Part shown: positions 20,603 to 29,002 of the stretch, piece after piece
Layout: each line of letters starts with the position of its first letter
How positions within the stretch are numbered: position 1 is the first letter of the stretch
DNA from: an uncultured Candidatus Saccharibacteria bacterium
GTDB lineage: Bacteria > Patescibacteriota > Minisyncoccia > Phycocordibacterales > UBA9973
Direction: 5' to 3'
Assembly: GCA_964441495.1 (NCBI GenBank)
Contig: CAYTXV010000001.1
Coordinates: 58,851 to 122,850, forward strand
DNA: 64,000 nt
Notes under the pieces: generated by a model
Told to the model about the DNA's origin: nothing
Seen by the model: the letters and a program-made list of their open reading frames with translations, nothing else
Databases searched by the model: none
Position numbers and translations under genes: made by a program

Positions 20603-20933
20603 TCTGGATACTGCTCTCAGCAGGTATGCAATTTACAGTATAGTTGTCTCTTACTAGCCCTATCTTTGAGCTAGCTCAAGTTTGCTGGCTGTCGTGGTCT
20701 TGAACCTGCGTGATAAGACACCGTAAGGCTTTCTTGTGACCCCTTCTACTCCTTAGTCGAGGCGTCTCGGTCTCTAGGGTGTTTTTTCGCATCAAGCAAA
20801 CTAAGCGTATTTCACCCGTCTCGGTCACTGTCTCATTTTGAAATCAAGGCAGATTAAGGGTTCTTTGAAGAATAAGGGTGGTTTAGGAAAATGAGACAGA
20901 ATAAGACACTTTGGCGGTTATTGAAATCGTGTC

Positions 20934-22193
20934 TCACTTTTTGGCGAAGTAAGCCTTGAGTAATGGCGTTACCTCCTTACGCATAATAAAATCTGATCGA
21001 ATTGCAACATTATCTTCAAAAGAAATGTTGAGCACCTTAGAAAGCACGTTCTTCATATGCTCATCATCGGATACGAACACATTGAAGCCGCCACCAAGAT
21101 CTATGAAAGAGATAAAGATATGATCCACACCTTCTTTTGATTTCAAGTCATTCAATATTTCAAACAGTTCATTCTTATGGGTTTCAACAAGTTGCTTAGC
21201 ATCCATCATTTCAAGCTGAGCGTAGCCAATCTTATTGCCAATTCCACCGAAATCGAACCAAGCAAAGTCAGCATCTACCGCTTGAGCAAGCCGGTCACCA
21301 TCCATATTGGACTTTGCGCGGAACATGTCGTCTATAAATTCCTTAGTGAGTCCGAGCTTTTGATTCAACCAATCAGCCATGAGTCGGTCGCGATCAGTCG
21401 TTACCTTCGCTCGGAAGTTGAGTGTGTTGGAGACGATTGCACCATAGAGCATGGTTGCTGTCGGTACTGAAATCTCTACATTATTCGCATGGAATTTCTC
21501 GGCAATAAGGGTAGCGGCCGAACCGACAAGCTCTATCTGAATCTTTGCGTTCTTGAACGCATCCGCATCATTGAACTTGCGGTGGTCAATGATTTCAACA
21601 ATATTCTCTGGCTTGATGAATTTATCGAGATCACGCAATTCACTGGCATCCGTAAGCACTACTTTTTCCAAAGAAGCGTTATTGTCCTCTTCGAAATGAA
21701 AGCCGAACTTCTCGACCAAATGTTGGACCTCAATATGTGGAGTACCAAAAATACGCACAACCGCAGGTGTGCCTGTTTTATTTAAAAACTCAGCATAGGC
21801 GACTGAACACGCATATCCGTCGAGATCGGGCTCGGTATAACTCGTTACGACCACTTCATGACTGTTGTCATCAATGACGAAATCAAGTTGTTCCGATGGT
21901 ATGCCGATGGACTGACCATAAGCGACTGCTTCGGACCACGTAGACTTGTCTGAGTGTTTGATTGAAAAATTCTTACCCTTATATACAACGAGCACATCAT
22001 CTTTGCCTGGCTCCCAGAAATGGATGTACCAAGGGCCATCAGCAAGATAATTGCCGATCTGCTTTGCCGTTTCCTCCTCGACCAAGACGTTGTGAAGAAT
22101 CCAATTGCCAGATTGCCACGTCTTCTCGATTTTTATTTCCGAGAGAATACTTTTATCTACCAAGCTATTTTCAACAATGGTTCCCTTGAGCAT
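20934..22193 (-). CDS. DHH-family Mn-dependent inorganic pyrophosphatase-like protein with an extra N-terminal domain of about 108 aa
   Basis: YTEPDLDG, LTD, IIDHR, VGSAATLI, AIVSNTLNF; DHHA2 C-terminus MRKEVTP. Confidence 0.8.
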   Translation of the reverse strand: MLKGTIVENSLVDKSILSEIKIEKTWQSGNWILHNVLVEEETAKQIGNYLADGPWYIHFWEPGKDDVLVVYKGKNFSIKHSDKSTWSEAVAYGQSIGIPSEQLDFVIDDNSHEVVVTSYTEPDLDGYACSVAYAEFLNKTGTPAVVRIFGTPHIEVQHLVEKFGFHFEEDNNASLEKVVLTDASELRDLDKFIKPENIVEIIDHRKFNDADAFKNAKIQIELVGSAATLIAEKFHANNVEISVPTATMLYGAIVSNTLNFRAKVTTDRDRLMADWLNQKLGLTKEFIDDMFRAKSNMDGDRLAQAVDADFAWFDFGGIGNKIGYAQLEMMDAKQLVETHKNELFEILNDLKSKEGVDHIFISFIDLGGGFNVFVSDDEHMKNVLSKVLNISFEDNVAIRSDFIMRKEVTPLLKAYFAKK

Positions 22194-22195
22194 AG

Positions 22196-22744
22196 TTATT
22201 CAAGTGTGTACTCCCATCCTGGCTTCCACGACTTTGTCTTTCTCCAATCATTAGCTAGTGCTTCATCCCAAGTAAAACCCTTCAGCAAAACATCAAGCGC
22301 GAGCTGGGGTGCTTTATGTCCAACAAGAGCGACGTTTTTACCATCGTAATTCTCCTTGAGGAACTTTAAGAAATCATCTACTCGATTCTTAACATCTTCA
22401 TAACTTTCACCGTTTGGGAATGGTTTGAAATGCATTTCTTTCTCTTGGAGCGGTTCAACCTCCTCTGAAGGGTGGCCGTTCAAATCGCCGTAGTTGCATT
22501 CCCGAAGTCTCGCGTCAGGAATGATTTCGTACATATCACCCCACGCAAGTTCCGCTGACTTTCGTGCTCGTTGAAGATCAGAGCAAAAAACTACATCAAA
22601 ATGTTTGTCTTTGGTCTGCTCTTTAAGCGCAATTGATTGCTGTTCACCCAGCTCAGAAAGTGGTGCATCAGACCAGCCTGAGGAAATTTCATTCTGGTTG
22701 TCTACAGTCGTACCGTGAACAAAATAAGTGATTTTTACAGACAT
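22196..22744 (-). CDS. histidine phosphatase family protein
   Basis: FVHGTT...SGWSDAPLS...SDLQRA...RLRECNYGDLNG...PNGES...VGH. Confidence 0.88.
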   Translation of the reverse strand: MSVKITYFVHGTTVDNQNEISSGWSDAPLSELGEQQSIALKEQTKDKHFDVVFCSDLQRARKSAELAWGDMYEIIPDARLRECNYGDLNGHPSEEVEPLQEKEMHFKPFPNGESYEDVKNRVDDFLKFLKENYDGKNVALVGHKAPQLALDVLLKGFTWDEALANDWRKTKSWKPGWEYTLE

Positions 22745-22748
22745 AAAT

Positions 22749-23216
22749 TTATTCGATATTCCCACCGTGATACCAACAACGGTATATTAATTCTCCATTG
22801 AGGTAAATATTTTCCTCACCAGAGAATCTGTCGAGTGCTCCTTCGACCTTGTTTGTATATTTGCTGTTCTCTAAAACGTATTCTTTTGGACCACGTACTG
22901 GAAGAATATCGTCATATTCTTGCATAAGCGCAGGTCGAAGAATTGTGTACGCATCCTTGGTAGAAATATCGGGATTCAGGACATGACCGTAATAGTTCAT
23001 TCCCCAGACTGGCGCGCCAGCTTTATAGACAACTTCCTCTCCTATAAAATCTCGAGCACCGAAGTACGTGTCGTGGTATGTAAGGTCTCTCTGCTCAAAG
23101 TGATAGTCCTCGGAAGACGGTCTTAGAGAGGTAGCCTTCGATGCTTCCTTATTCGCATATGTTGCCTTATTCGCGGCATTTAGGAATTTGGTGAGTTCCT
23201 CGTGCGAAATTTTCAT
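22749..23216 (-). CDS. hypothetical protein (DUF5680-like)
   Basis: YHDTYFG...FIGEEVVY...WGMNYYG...PVRGP...YHGG. Confidence 0.75.
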   Translation of the reverse strand: MKISHEELTKFLNAANKATYANKEASKATSLRPSSEDYHFEQRDLTYHDTYFGARDFIGEEVVYKAGAPVWGMNYYGHVLNPDISTKDAYTILRPALMQEYDDILPVRGPKEYVLENSKYTNKVEGALDRFSGEENIYLNGELIYRCWYHGGNIE

Positions 23217-23332
23217 ACAAGCATTATGCCATAAAATGAAGCTTATCTAAAGGGCTCTTTGTCTCCTTTTCTGTGAGGAGGAAAATATAGATACGGGGTA
23301 AAAACCGTGTTTATAAACTAGCCATAAAATAT

Positions 23333-23548
23333 ATGGAAATATCAAAAGAATTGCGCGAGAAGTTTCGAGAGGAATTTAAGAAGAAAGGCGCGGAGTATAC
23401 GGAAGCCGAAGAAACCGAGGCAATTAATAATCTGACTGGTTTCTTCGAGCTGATATACGACTTCGCCAAACGAGACACTATCTTGCACAAGAGATTGAAG
23501 AAAGAGCCGAAATCGAATCCCACAATGAGTTTCAAGAGTCGGTGCTAG
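23333..23548 (+). pseudogene. truncated hypothetical protein, fused by deletion to a recombinase remnant
   Basis: ORF MEISKELREKF...RLKKEPK; its last codons overlap the recombinase remnant, which is in another frame. Confidence 0.5.
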
Positions 23549-23709
23549 GGCGAGAAGTTAAAGAAAAGATAAAGATCAAGGAAATCGACATCAGGAATTA
23601 TGCAAAACATATTTTAAGAAAGAGACCAATGTATGAGAAGCGAGAATTACTGAGTCATCTGAGAAGCAAGCTGGTGTTGAAGGAGAAGCAACTGACATTG
23701 GTGAAATAG
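23506..23709 (+). pseudogene. C-terminal remnant of a large serine recombinase
   Basis: Manual translation AEIESHNEFQESVLGREVKEKIKIKEIDIRNYAKHILRKRPMYEKRELLSHLRSKLVLKEKQLTLVK* aligns with the tail of the ORF ending at 16548. Confidence 0.75.
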
Positions 23710-23839
23710 TGAGCAAACAAAAATCATCAAATGAATGGTGATTTTTGTTTTTTGAGACTAGTTCGAGCCCATGACTGGTTCTCAAAACTATTCCTCCTAA
23801 ACAGCCGTTTTAGGCGTTTAGGTAGGTCTCACATGACTG

Positions 23840-23910
23840 CTGCCCGACAGGGACTCGAACCCCAATTTACGGTGCCAGAAACCGGCGTCCTACCATTAGA
23901 CGATCGGGCA
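23840..23910 (-). tRNA. tRNA-Gln(CTG)
   Basis: TGCCCGATCGTCTAATGGTAGGACGCCGGTTTCTGGCACCGTAAATTGGGGTTCGAGTCCCTGTCGGGCAG folds as a cloverleaf. Confidence 0.95.
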
Positions 23911-24150
23911 AATTAAATTTTTTATAATTTGCTCTTTTAACACCCTTTGCTGTTTAACTTTCTTTTCGAAAGCTCTTGCCCCACTTTCTTGTGCAAATTC
24001 CTGGCTATGCACAAGAGTGAGTGGTATATGGTGCCTAGTCGAACTCACCATGCCAGCATTGTGTTGGTGCAACCTTCTTTGAATATCGTTGGTACTACCT
24101 ACGTAATACCAGTTTTTCTTAGAGGATTTGAGAAAATAAACGAACCACAT
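23896..24150 (-). CDS. small stand-alone GIY-YIG nuclease
   Basis: FVYFLKS...WYYVGSTNDIQRRLHQHN...ARAFEKKVK; its last codons and stop lie inside the tRNA-Gln 5' end. Confidence 0.92.
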   Translation of the reverse strand: MWFVYFLKSSKKNWYYVGSTNDIQRRLHQHNAGMVSSTRHHIPLTLVHSQEFAQESGARAFEKKVKQQRVLKEQIIKNLICPIV

Positions 24151-24157
24151 ATCATTA

Positions 24158-24199
24158 TCCTACCATTAGACCTGCCTGCGCAGGCAGGCGATCGGGCAA
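24158..24199 (-). repeat. duplicated 5' end of tRNA-Gln interrupted by an 18-bp palindrome (24171-24188)
   Basis: TTGCCCGATCG[CCTGCCTGCGCAGGCAGG]TCTAATGGTAGGA; without the insert it is identical to 23888-23911. Confidence 0.95.
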
Positions 24200-24213
24200 T
24201 GATCGTGCGCCCT

Positions 24214-24242
24214 ACTATACCGGAAAAATGGGCTTTTTTCAA
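24214..24242 (-). promoter_or_regulatory. sigma70 promoter upstream of the tRNA fragment/GIY-YIG/tRNA-Gln unit
   Basis: TTGAAA-17-TATAGT. Confidence 0.7.
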
Positions 24243-24243
24243 C

Positions 24244-25167
24244 TTAGACGTTGAGATACTTGCGCACTGCAAGGATGCTCGAGATAGCGCCGAGCAGTAG
24301 TCCGATACCGAGCACTATGCCACCGATAGAAAAGATGTGTGAGATGTAGTAACTATAGATGTTGAACCCGAGCACATCTGTAGCGTGTCGTCCGAGGAAG
24401 TATGTGAGCGGGAGAAATATCGCAACAGAGATGAGAAATGCAAACACACCGTAGAGTAACCCTCCGACGATAAACGGTGCTCGGACGTACGACTCACTCG
24501 CACCAACAAGCTGCATGATACCGATTTCTTCTTTGGCAGTGTAGATAGTGAGGCGCACTGTCGTGTAGACGATCACGATAGAGATAAGCGCGAGCACAAA
24601 TGTCACTGCCCCGCCCACACTACGCGCGTTGCTGATGAGCATGTTGAGGCGATCGATCACGACCTTGTTCTGAGAATAGTTGATCCGTTCGATGATCGAT
24701 GCGTTGTCGCGCGCGATCTGACTGTCACCCTGGAGGACCTTGGCGATTGCTTCATACTGGGTCGAATCTTTTGCTTTGACAAGGAGTGAACCACCGAACG
24801 GATTGTCGCCAAGCTCATCGAGTGCTTGGAGCGTGAGGTAGTCATCTGCGTGCCTATCACGAAACGCGAGTACTTGTTCATCTGCTGAGGTGTAGGTCAC
24901 CGCTGCAACTTCGGGAAGTTTCTCGAGTGTCGCCTGGAGGTCAAGGATACTCTCCTCGGGTGCGTCAACGGTGAAGTACACCGCGATGTCTACCTTTTGC
25001 TGGACTTGCTCGATAGCATTACCCAGAAGTGCTTGGAACAGCAATATGCCGGTTGCAACACAGAGCGTGATCGTTGTCACCAGGATAGCCGCATAGGACA
25101 CAAGTCCATTTCGTTTGAAATTGTTCCATCCGCTCTTTAGTACTCGTTGTAGTCTGACCCAAAACAT
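24244..25167 (-). CDS. ftsX: cell division permease-like protein FtsX
   Basis: Four transmembrane segments; EIGIMQLVGASESYVRAPF; downstream of ftsE. Confidence 0.94.
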   Translation of the reverse strand: MFWVRLQRVLKSGWNNFKRNGLVSYAAILVTTITLCVATGILLFQALLGNAIEQVQQKVDIAVYFTVDAPEESILDLQATLEKLPEVAAVTYTSADEQVLAFRDRHADDYLTLQALDELGDNPFGGSLLVKAKDSTQYEAIAKVLQGDSQIARDNASIIERINYSQNKVVIDRLNMLISNARSVGGAVTFVLALISIVIVYTTVRLTIYTAKEEIGIMQLVGASESYVRAPFIVGGLLYGVFAFLISVAIFLPLTYFLGRHATDVLGFNIYSYYISHIFSIGGIVLGIGLLLGAISSILAVRKYLNV

Positions 25168-25182
25168 ATATGTATAAGTATA

Positions 25183-25863
25183 CTATTTTTCTTTGACTTT
25201 GCGGTGCTCGTCACCAACGACCCGACCCTTTTCCATCGTGATGATACGGTTGCCGACTGAGTGAATGAGGAGTGGATCATGTGTGGTGAGGATCACGGTA
25301 GTGCCGAGATCATTGATCTTTTTCAAGATATGGATTACTTCACGAGTGTTTGCTTCATCGAGGTTCCCAGTTGGCTCATCTGCGATGAGGACTTCTGGTT
25401 GGTTGATGATCGCACGCGCGATTGCGAGGCGCTGCTTCTCTCCCCCAGAGAGCTGGTTGGGGAAATGATACATGCGGTCCTGTAGATCAACGAGCTGAAG
25501 CACGTGTGGTACATCAGAGACGATCTCTGCATCGGTCTTGCCTGCTGCCTCCATCGCAAATGCGATGTTTTCGTATGCAGTTTTGCTACTGAGCAAGCGA
25601 AACTCTTGGAACACAGTACCGATACGACGACGAAGTCCTGTGATCTCACTGCGATTGAGTGTGTTGATATCGATGTTTTCAAACAAAACACTTCCCTCAC
25701 TTGGCTCTTCTTCGGCGAGGATCATTTTGGTAAGGGTGGTTTTGCCGGCACCCGATGGACCGATGATAGTGATGAACTCACCTGTTTCGATTTCGAGGTT
25801 GACGTTCTCGAGCGCCACAGCGCCGTTACGATACACCTTTGAGACGTTTACGAACTTAATCAT
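25183..25863 (-). CDS. ftsE: cell division ATP-binding protein FtsE
   Basis: [41 protein letters not shown]. Confidence 0.94.
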   Translation of the reverse strand: MIKFVNVSKVYRNGAVALENVNLEIETGEFITIIGPSGAGKTTLTKMILAEEEPSEGSVLFENIDINTLNRSEITGLRRRIGTVFQEFRLLSSKTAYENIAFAMEAAGKTDAEIVSDVPHVLQLVDLQDRMYHFPNQLSGGEKQRLAIARAIINQPEVLIADEPTGNLDEANTREVIHILKKINDLGTTVILTTHDPLLIHSVGNRIITMEKGRVVGDEHRKVKEK

Positions 25864-25882
25864 GGACTCTCAGTATAGCATA

Positions 25883-26764
25883 CTAGAGCTGCTGTTCCGC
25901 TTCGATAAATGCATCGATATCCCCATCTTCGAGGACCTTGTCGACGTTGCCAGTCTCGACATCAGTGCGATGATCTTTGATCATTTTGTATGGATGGAGC
26001 ACATATGAACGGATCTGATTGCCCCATTCGATATCGGTTGTTTTGGATATATAAAGCCCCTTTTCTTGTGCGATGCGTTCTTCTTCTTGTCTCTTGTAGA
26101 GCTTGCCTTTGAGAAGCTCGAGCGCACGATCACGGTTCTGCTCCTGACTACGCTCAGTCGTCACGTGTACTGCGATCCCTGTGGGGATGTGTACCATACG
26201 CACTGCAGTCTCACGTTTGTTGACGTTTTGTCCACCAGGACCTCCGGCGCGCGCAAACGATACTTCAAGGTCAGTCTCAGGGATCACCACCTCTGTGTCT
26301 GCTTTGGTAAGCTTGGGGATCACTTCGACAAGAGAGAACGACGTCTGTCGCTTGCTGTTTGCGTTAAACGGTGAGATGCGTACGAGACGGTGTACACCTG
26401 ATTCGTTTTTGAGTAGTCCAAATGCGCCCTTGCCTTCTATCTCGATACTCACGTTGCGATAGCCTCCGTGATCGTTGTCGTTGCTATGGATGAAGCTCAC
26501 GCCCCAGCCTTTGCGTTCTGCATACCTGGTATACATACGTAGCAACATCGCACTGAAGTCCTCCGCATCATCGCCTCCTGCACCTGAAAATATCGTGAGA
26601 ATCGCATTTCCCTTGTCATACTTGCCGACACCTTCGAGTTTGTCTTTGAGTTCTTGGAGCTCCTTGATCTGTGCTTGTGCGCGCACCTTGTCAGCCCAAA
26701 AGTCACCTGCCAGCATAGCGGTTTCGATGTCGTGTATACGTGATTGGATCTGTTCTTTGTCCAT
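25883..26764 (-). CDS. prfB: peptide chain release factor 2 (short form, no frameshift site)
   Basis: [11 protein letters not shown] (SPF motif), [22 protein letters not shown]. Confidence 0.95.
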   Translation of the reverse strand: MDKEQIQSRIHDIETAMLAGDFWADKVRAQAQIKELQELKDKLEGVGKYDKGNAILTIFSGAGGDDAEDFSAMLLRMYTRYAERKGWGVSFIHSNDNDHGGYRNVSIEIEGKGAFGLLKNESGVHRLVRISPFNANSKRQTSFSLVEVIPKLTKADTEVVIPETDLEVSFARAGGPGGQNVNKRETAVRMVHIPTGIAVHVTTERSQEQNRDRALELLKGKLYKRQEEERIAQEKGLYISKTTDIEWGNQIRSYVLHPYKMIKDHRTDVETGNVDKVLEDGDIDAFIEAEQQL

Positions 26765-26765
26765 G

Positions 26766-26838
26766 AGCCACCTCCGAGGATCGAACTCGGGACCTATGGT
26801 TTACGATACCATTGCTCTACCAGCTGAGCTAAGGTGGC
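26766..26838 (-). tRNA. tRNA-Thr(CGT)
   Basis: GCCACCTTAGCTCAGCTGGTAGAGCAATGGTATCGTAAACCATAGGTCCCGAGTTCGATCCTCGGAGGTGGCT folds as a cloverleaf. Confidence 0.95.
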
Positions 26839-26855
26839 CTATCTGCGCAGGCAGG
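26838..26855. repeat. second, degenerate copy of the 18-bp palindrome
   Basis: CCTATCTGCGCAGGCAGG, 16/18 identical to 24171-24188, with the same CGAT flank. Confidence 0.85.
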
Positions 26856-26869
26856 CGATACTCGCTATG

Positions 26870-27577
26870 CTACCTCTTTTCAAAATAACACACAACACTA
26901 CGGCGCTTCGCGGGCTTGCCTTTGATGTGGTGCTTGCCCGAGAGTTCCTTTTTCATCATGATAAAATCATTTTCAAATGCCCGTGCGAGCGCCTCGTCGG
27001 TCCACACGTACTCATACACTTTGAGCTTGGGGTGGATGTATGCGTTTTCTTCACCAGCGCCATGTTTCTCGAGAAGCTCTTTGGTGTGACTATCACGCTC
27101 TGCATAAAATGATTTGAAAAAGAGCACCCCTTGCGATTTGAGCACACGTGCAACTTCCTTGATAAATCTTTCTCGCTCAACATTCTTGAGAAAGTGACTA
27201 CTCATCGCGTCAATAACAAGATCGACTGATTGGTCCTCAAGTGGGATCAGTTCATCAAGTGATCGTACCTTAAATGTAAGCTTGCTTCCCCACTGCTGCT
27301 TCGCAGCGTTTTTTTGTGCCTGAGCAATCGCTTCATCAGAGATGTCATAGCCGACACCACCAAGTCTGAATGTCTCATTGAGCCACAATAAGTTCCGTCC
27401 ATTGCCACACCCCGCATCGAGCACAACGGTGTCTGGGCGAAATACATCCTTGCCATACTCCTTCATCATCCACCTGACGCATTTCACCAAGTCTGCCGAG
27501 ACTTCATCCGAGAGCGCAAACATCCCTGGATCCTTGTACTCCTTATTCCAAAATTCTTTGAGCCGCTTTTCGTTCAT
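26870..27577 (-). CDS. class I SAM-dependent methyltransferase
   Basis: VLDAGCGNGRN, GYDISDEAI, VARVLKSQG. Confidence 0.9.
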   Translation of the reverse strand: MNEKRLKEFWNKEYKDPGMFALSDEVSADLVKCVRWMMKEYGKDVFRPDTVVLDAGCGNGRNLLWLNETFRLGGVGYDISDEAIAQAQKNAAKQQWGSKLTFKVRSLDELIPLEDQSVDLVIDAMSSHFLKNVERERFIKEVARVLKSQGVLFFKSFYAERDSHTKELLEKHGAGEENAYIHPKLKVYEYVWTDEALARAFENDFIMMKKELSGKHHIKGKPAKRRSVVCYFEKR

Positions 27578-27592
27578 GCTGTATAACTCTTG

Positions 27593-27635
27593 TGTTTGAC
27601 ATTCTATCAGAAAAGTTGTAATGTTGCAAAAAACA
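27593..27635 (+). repeat. 43-bp promoter repeat, copy 1 (TTGACA-17-TAATGT)
   Basis: 42/43 identical to 28592-28634. Confidence 0.9.
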
Positions 27636-27641
27636 CAAATT

Positions 27642-27912
27642 ATGTTAAAAAAACTTTTTGACACGCCACCGAAACGACAATATAGCTCTAGGTTATATGG
27701 AGGAAGGTTGTCATCTGAAGATGACAGAAGATGATTTGGTAAAATGGTTTACTGACCCGCAACTTTTTTCGACCCCATTTACAAAACCCGAAGAGATTGA
27801 GATTTATGAAAATACAGAAAATGCTTTTTCTTTTGAGGAGCTTTCTAAAAAGGCAAAATCTCAACTCCGCACAGATCTGGTCAAACAAATTATTGAGCGA
27901 AGGTCAAACTAA
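27642..27912 (+). pseudogene. AT-rich hypothetical gene, probably frameshifted by a 10-nt tandem duplication
   Basis: The ATG at 27642 opens MLKKLFDTPP...; removing the second unit of CTGAAGATGA/CAGAAGATGA (about 27715-27734) joins it to the frame ending at 27912. Confidence 0.5.
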
Positions 27913-27931
27913 AATGTTTATGCCTTAAATG

Positions 27932-27960
27932 AAAATCCCTGGAGTATATCCAGGGATTTT
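27932..27960. terminator. bidirectional intrinsic terminator
   Basis: AAAATCCCTGGA-GTATA-TCCAGGGATTTT. Confidence 0.8.
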
Positions 27961-28592
27961 TTACGCTTTTCTCTTCGCCTTTGCTCGCTCTGTTTCAGTG
28001 AGAAATCTTATGAAAAACTTCAAATCTTTTAGCGTATTTATATTTATACAATCACTCGAATAAGGAATTGCTGAAACATGTTTTTTAAGAAATGCTTGAA
28101 TATTGAGAGACGAAATATAACTCAACAAATCTGCTTCTGTTTTTTGAAATAAAACAGGTACAGAGTACAAGTTTTTGTGAGCATCATACATGCATACACT
28201 TTTTTACTACCAAAAGCTTTGTATTTCTCAAGAATCTCTGAGTTGTAAAAAATATCTCCGTGACTAAATATAAAAGCGCTATTTGTAATAAATGATTGTA
28301 TTTCTTTGTAAGCAAAAGGATTTTTGCTTTTTTGCCAATCAAGAACACAAGTTCGATAACGAGCCTTTGGGAAAAAATTATTTTGTACAAAGTTTTGAAA
28401 TAATGCTACCTGCCAATCTTTTTCAAACACAAGAAGAAAATCTTTTACTCCAAACAAAACAAGTATTTGAATCTGGTATGTCAGTAACGGCTTACCCTTT
28501 ATGAAACAAAGCGACTTGGGAATGATACCACCTGTTAGTTCAGGAATTCTTTTTCCTTGCCCACCTACCACCAACACCGCTTTTTTGAACAT
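27961..28592 (-). pseudogene. frameshifted nucleotidyltransferase (NTP_transferase) gene whose 3' end is a copy of the typA tail
   Basis: KAVLVVGGQGKRI...PKSL...KPLL, HGD, then ININT in a second frame that ends FLTETERAKAKRKA*. Confidence 0.72.
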
Positions 28593-28634
28593 GTTTGACA
28601 TTCTAACAGAAAAGTTGTAATGTTGCAAAAAACA
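28592..28634 (+). repeat. 43-bp promoter repeat, copy 2
   Basis: TGTTTGACATTCTAACAGAAAAGTTGTAATGTTGCAAAAAACA. Confidence 0.9.
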
Positions 28635-28655
28635 TTTCTAACTAAAAATAATTTT

Positions 28656-28958
28656 ATGACGAAAGAAAAAGAGAGGTTACCTAGAGAAACATATTCTATA
28701 GGTGATAATATCATCCTTGAAAACAGAGAACCCTTGAAAGGAAATGATATAGCTCCCCCGTTTCCAAAACGAAAGAAAAACTACAAAGTACTGAGGATAG
28801 AGCTCGACTCAAAAGGCAACCAACATTTAGGAGTTGGCTTAAAATCAAAAGTTAACTTTGTGAGATCATATGAAACAGGTGAACGCCTTACTGGGAGTGG
28901 TAATACACATTATTGTCACCCTTCTCGATTTAGAAAAAAAGTAAAAAGAAACAAATAG
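28656..28958 (+). CDS. AT-rich hypothetical protein
   Basis: ORF MTKEKERLP...HYCHPSRF between the promoter repeat and a terminator. Confidence 0.65.
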   Translation: MTKEKERLPRETYSIGDNIILENREPLKGNDIAPPFPKRKKNYKVLRIELDSKGNQHLGVGLKSKVNFVRSYETGERLTGSGNTHYCHPSRFRKKVKRNK

Positions 28959-28970
28959 TTTCCTCTAACA

Positions 28971-29000
28971 AAAATCCCCGATCACATGATCGGGGATTTT
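28971..29000. terminator. bidirectional intrinsic terminator
   Basis: AAAATCCCCGATCA-CA-TGATCGGGGATTTT. Confidence 0.85.
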
Positions 29001-29002
29001 CT

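Larger units (their letters stand above)
16048..23839. mobile_element. decayed serine-recombinase-associated genomic island adjacent to the 3' end of tRNA-Gln (copper resistance cargo)
   Basis: Two homologous recombinase C-terminal remnants bracket cargo with lower GC and different codon usage; the region ends at the tRNA 3' end. Confidence 0.65.
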
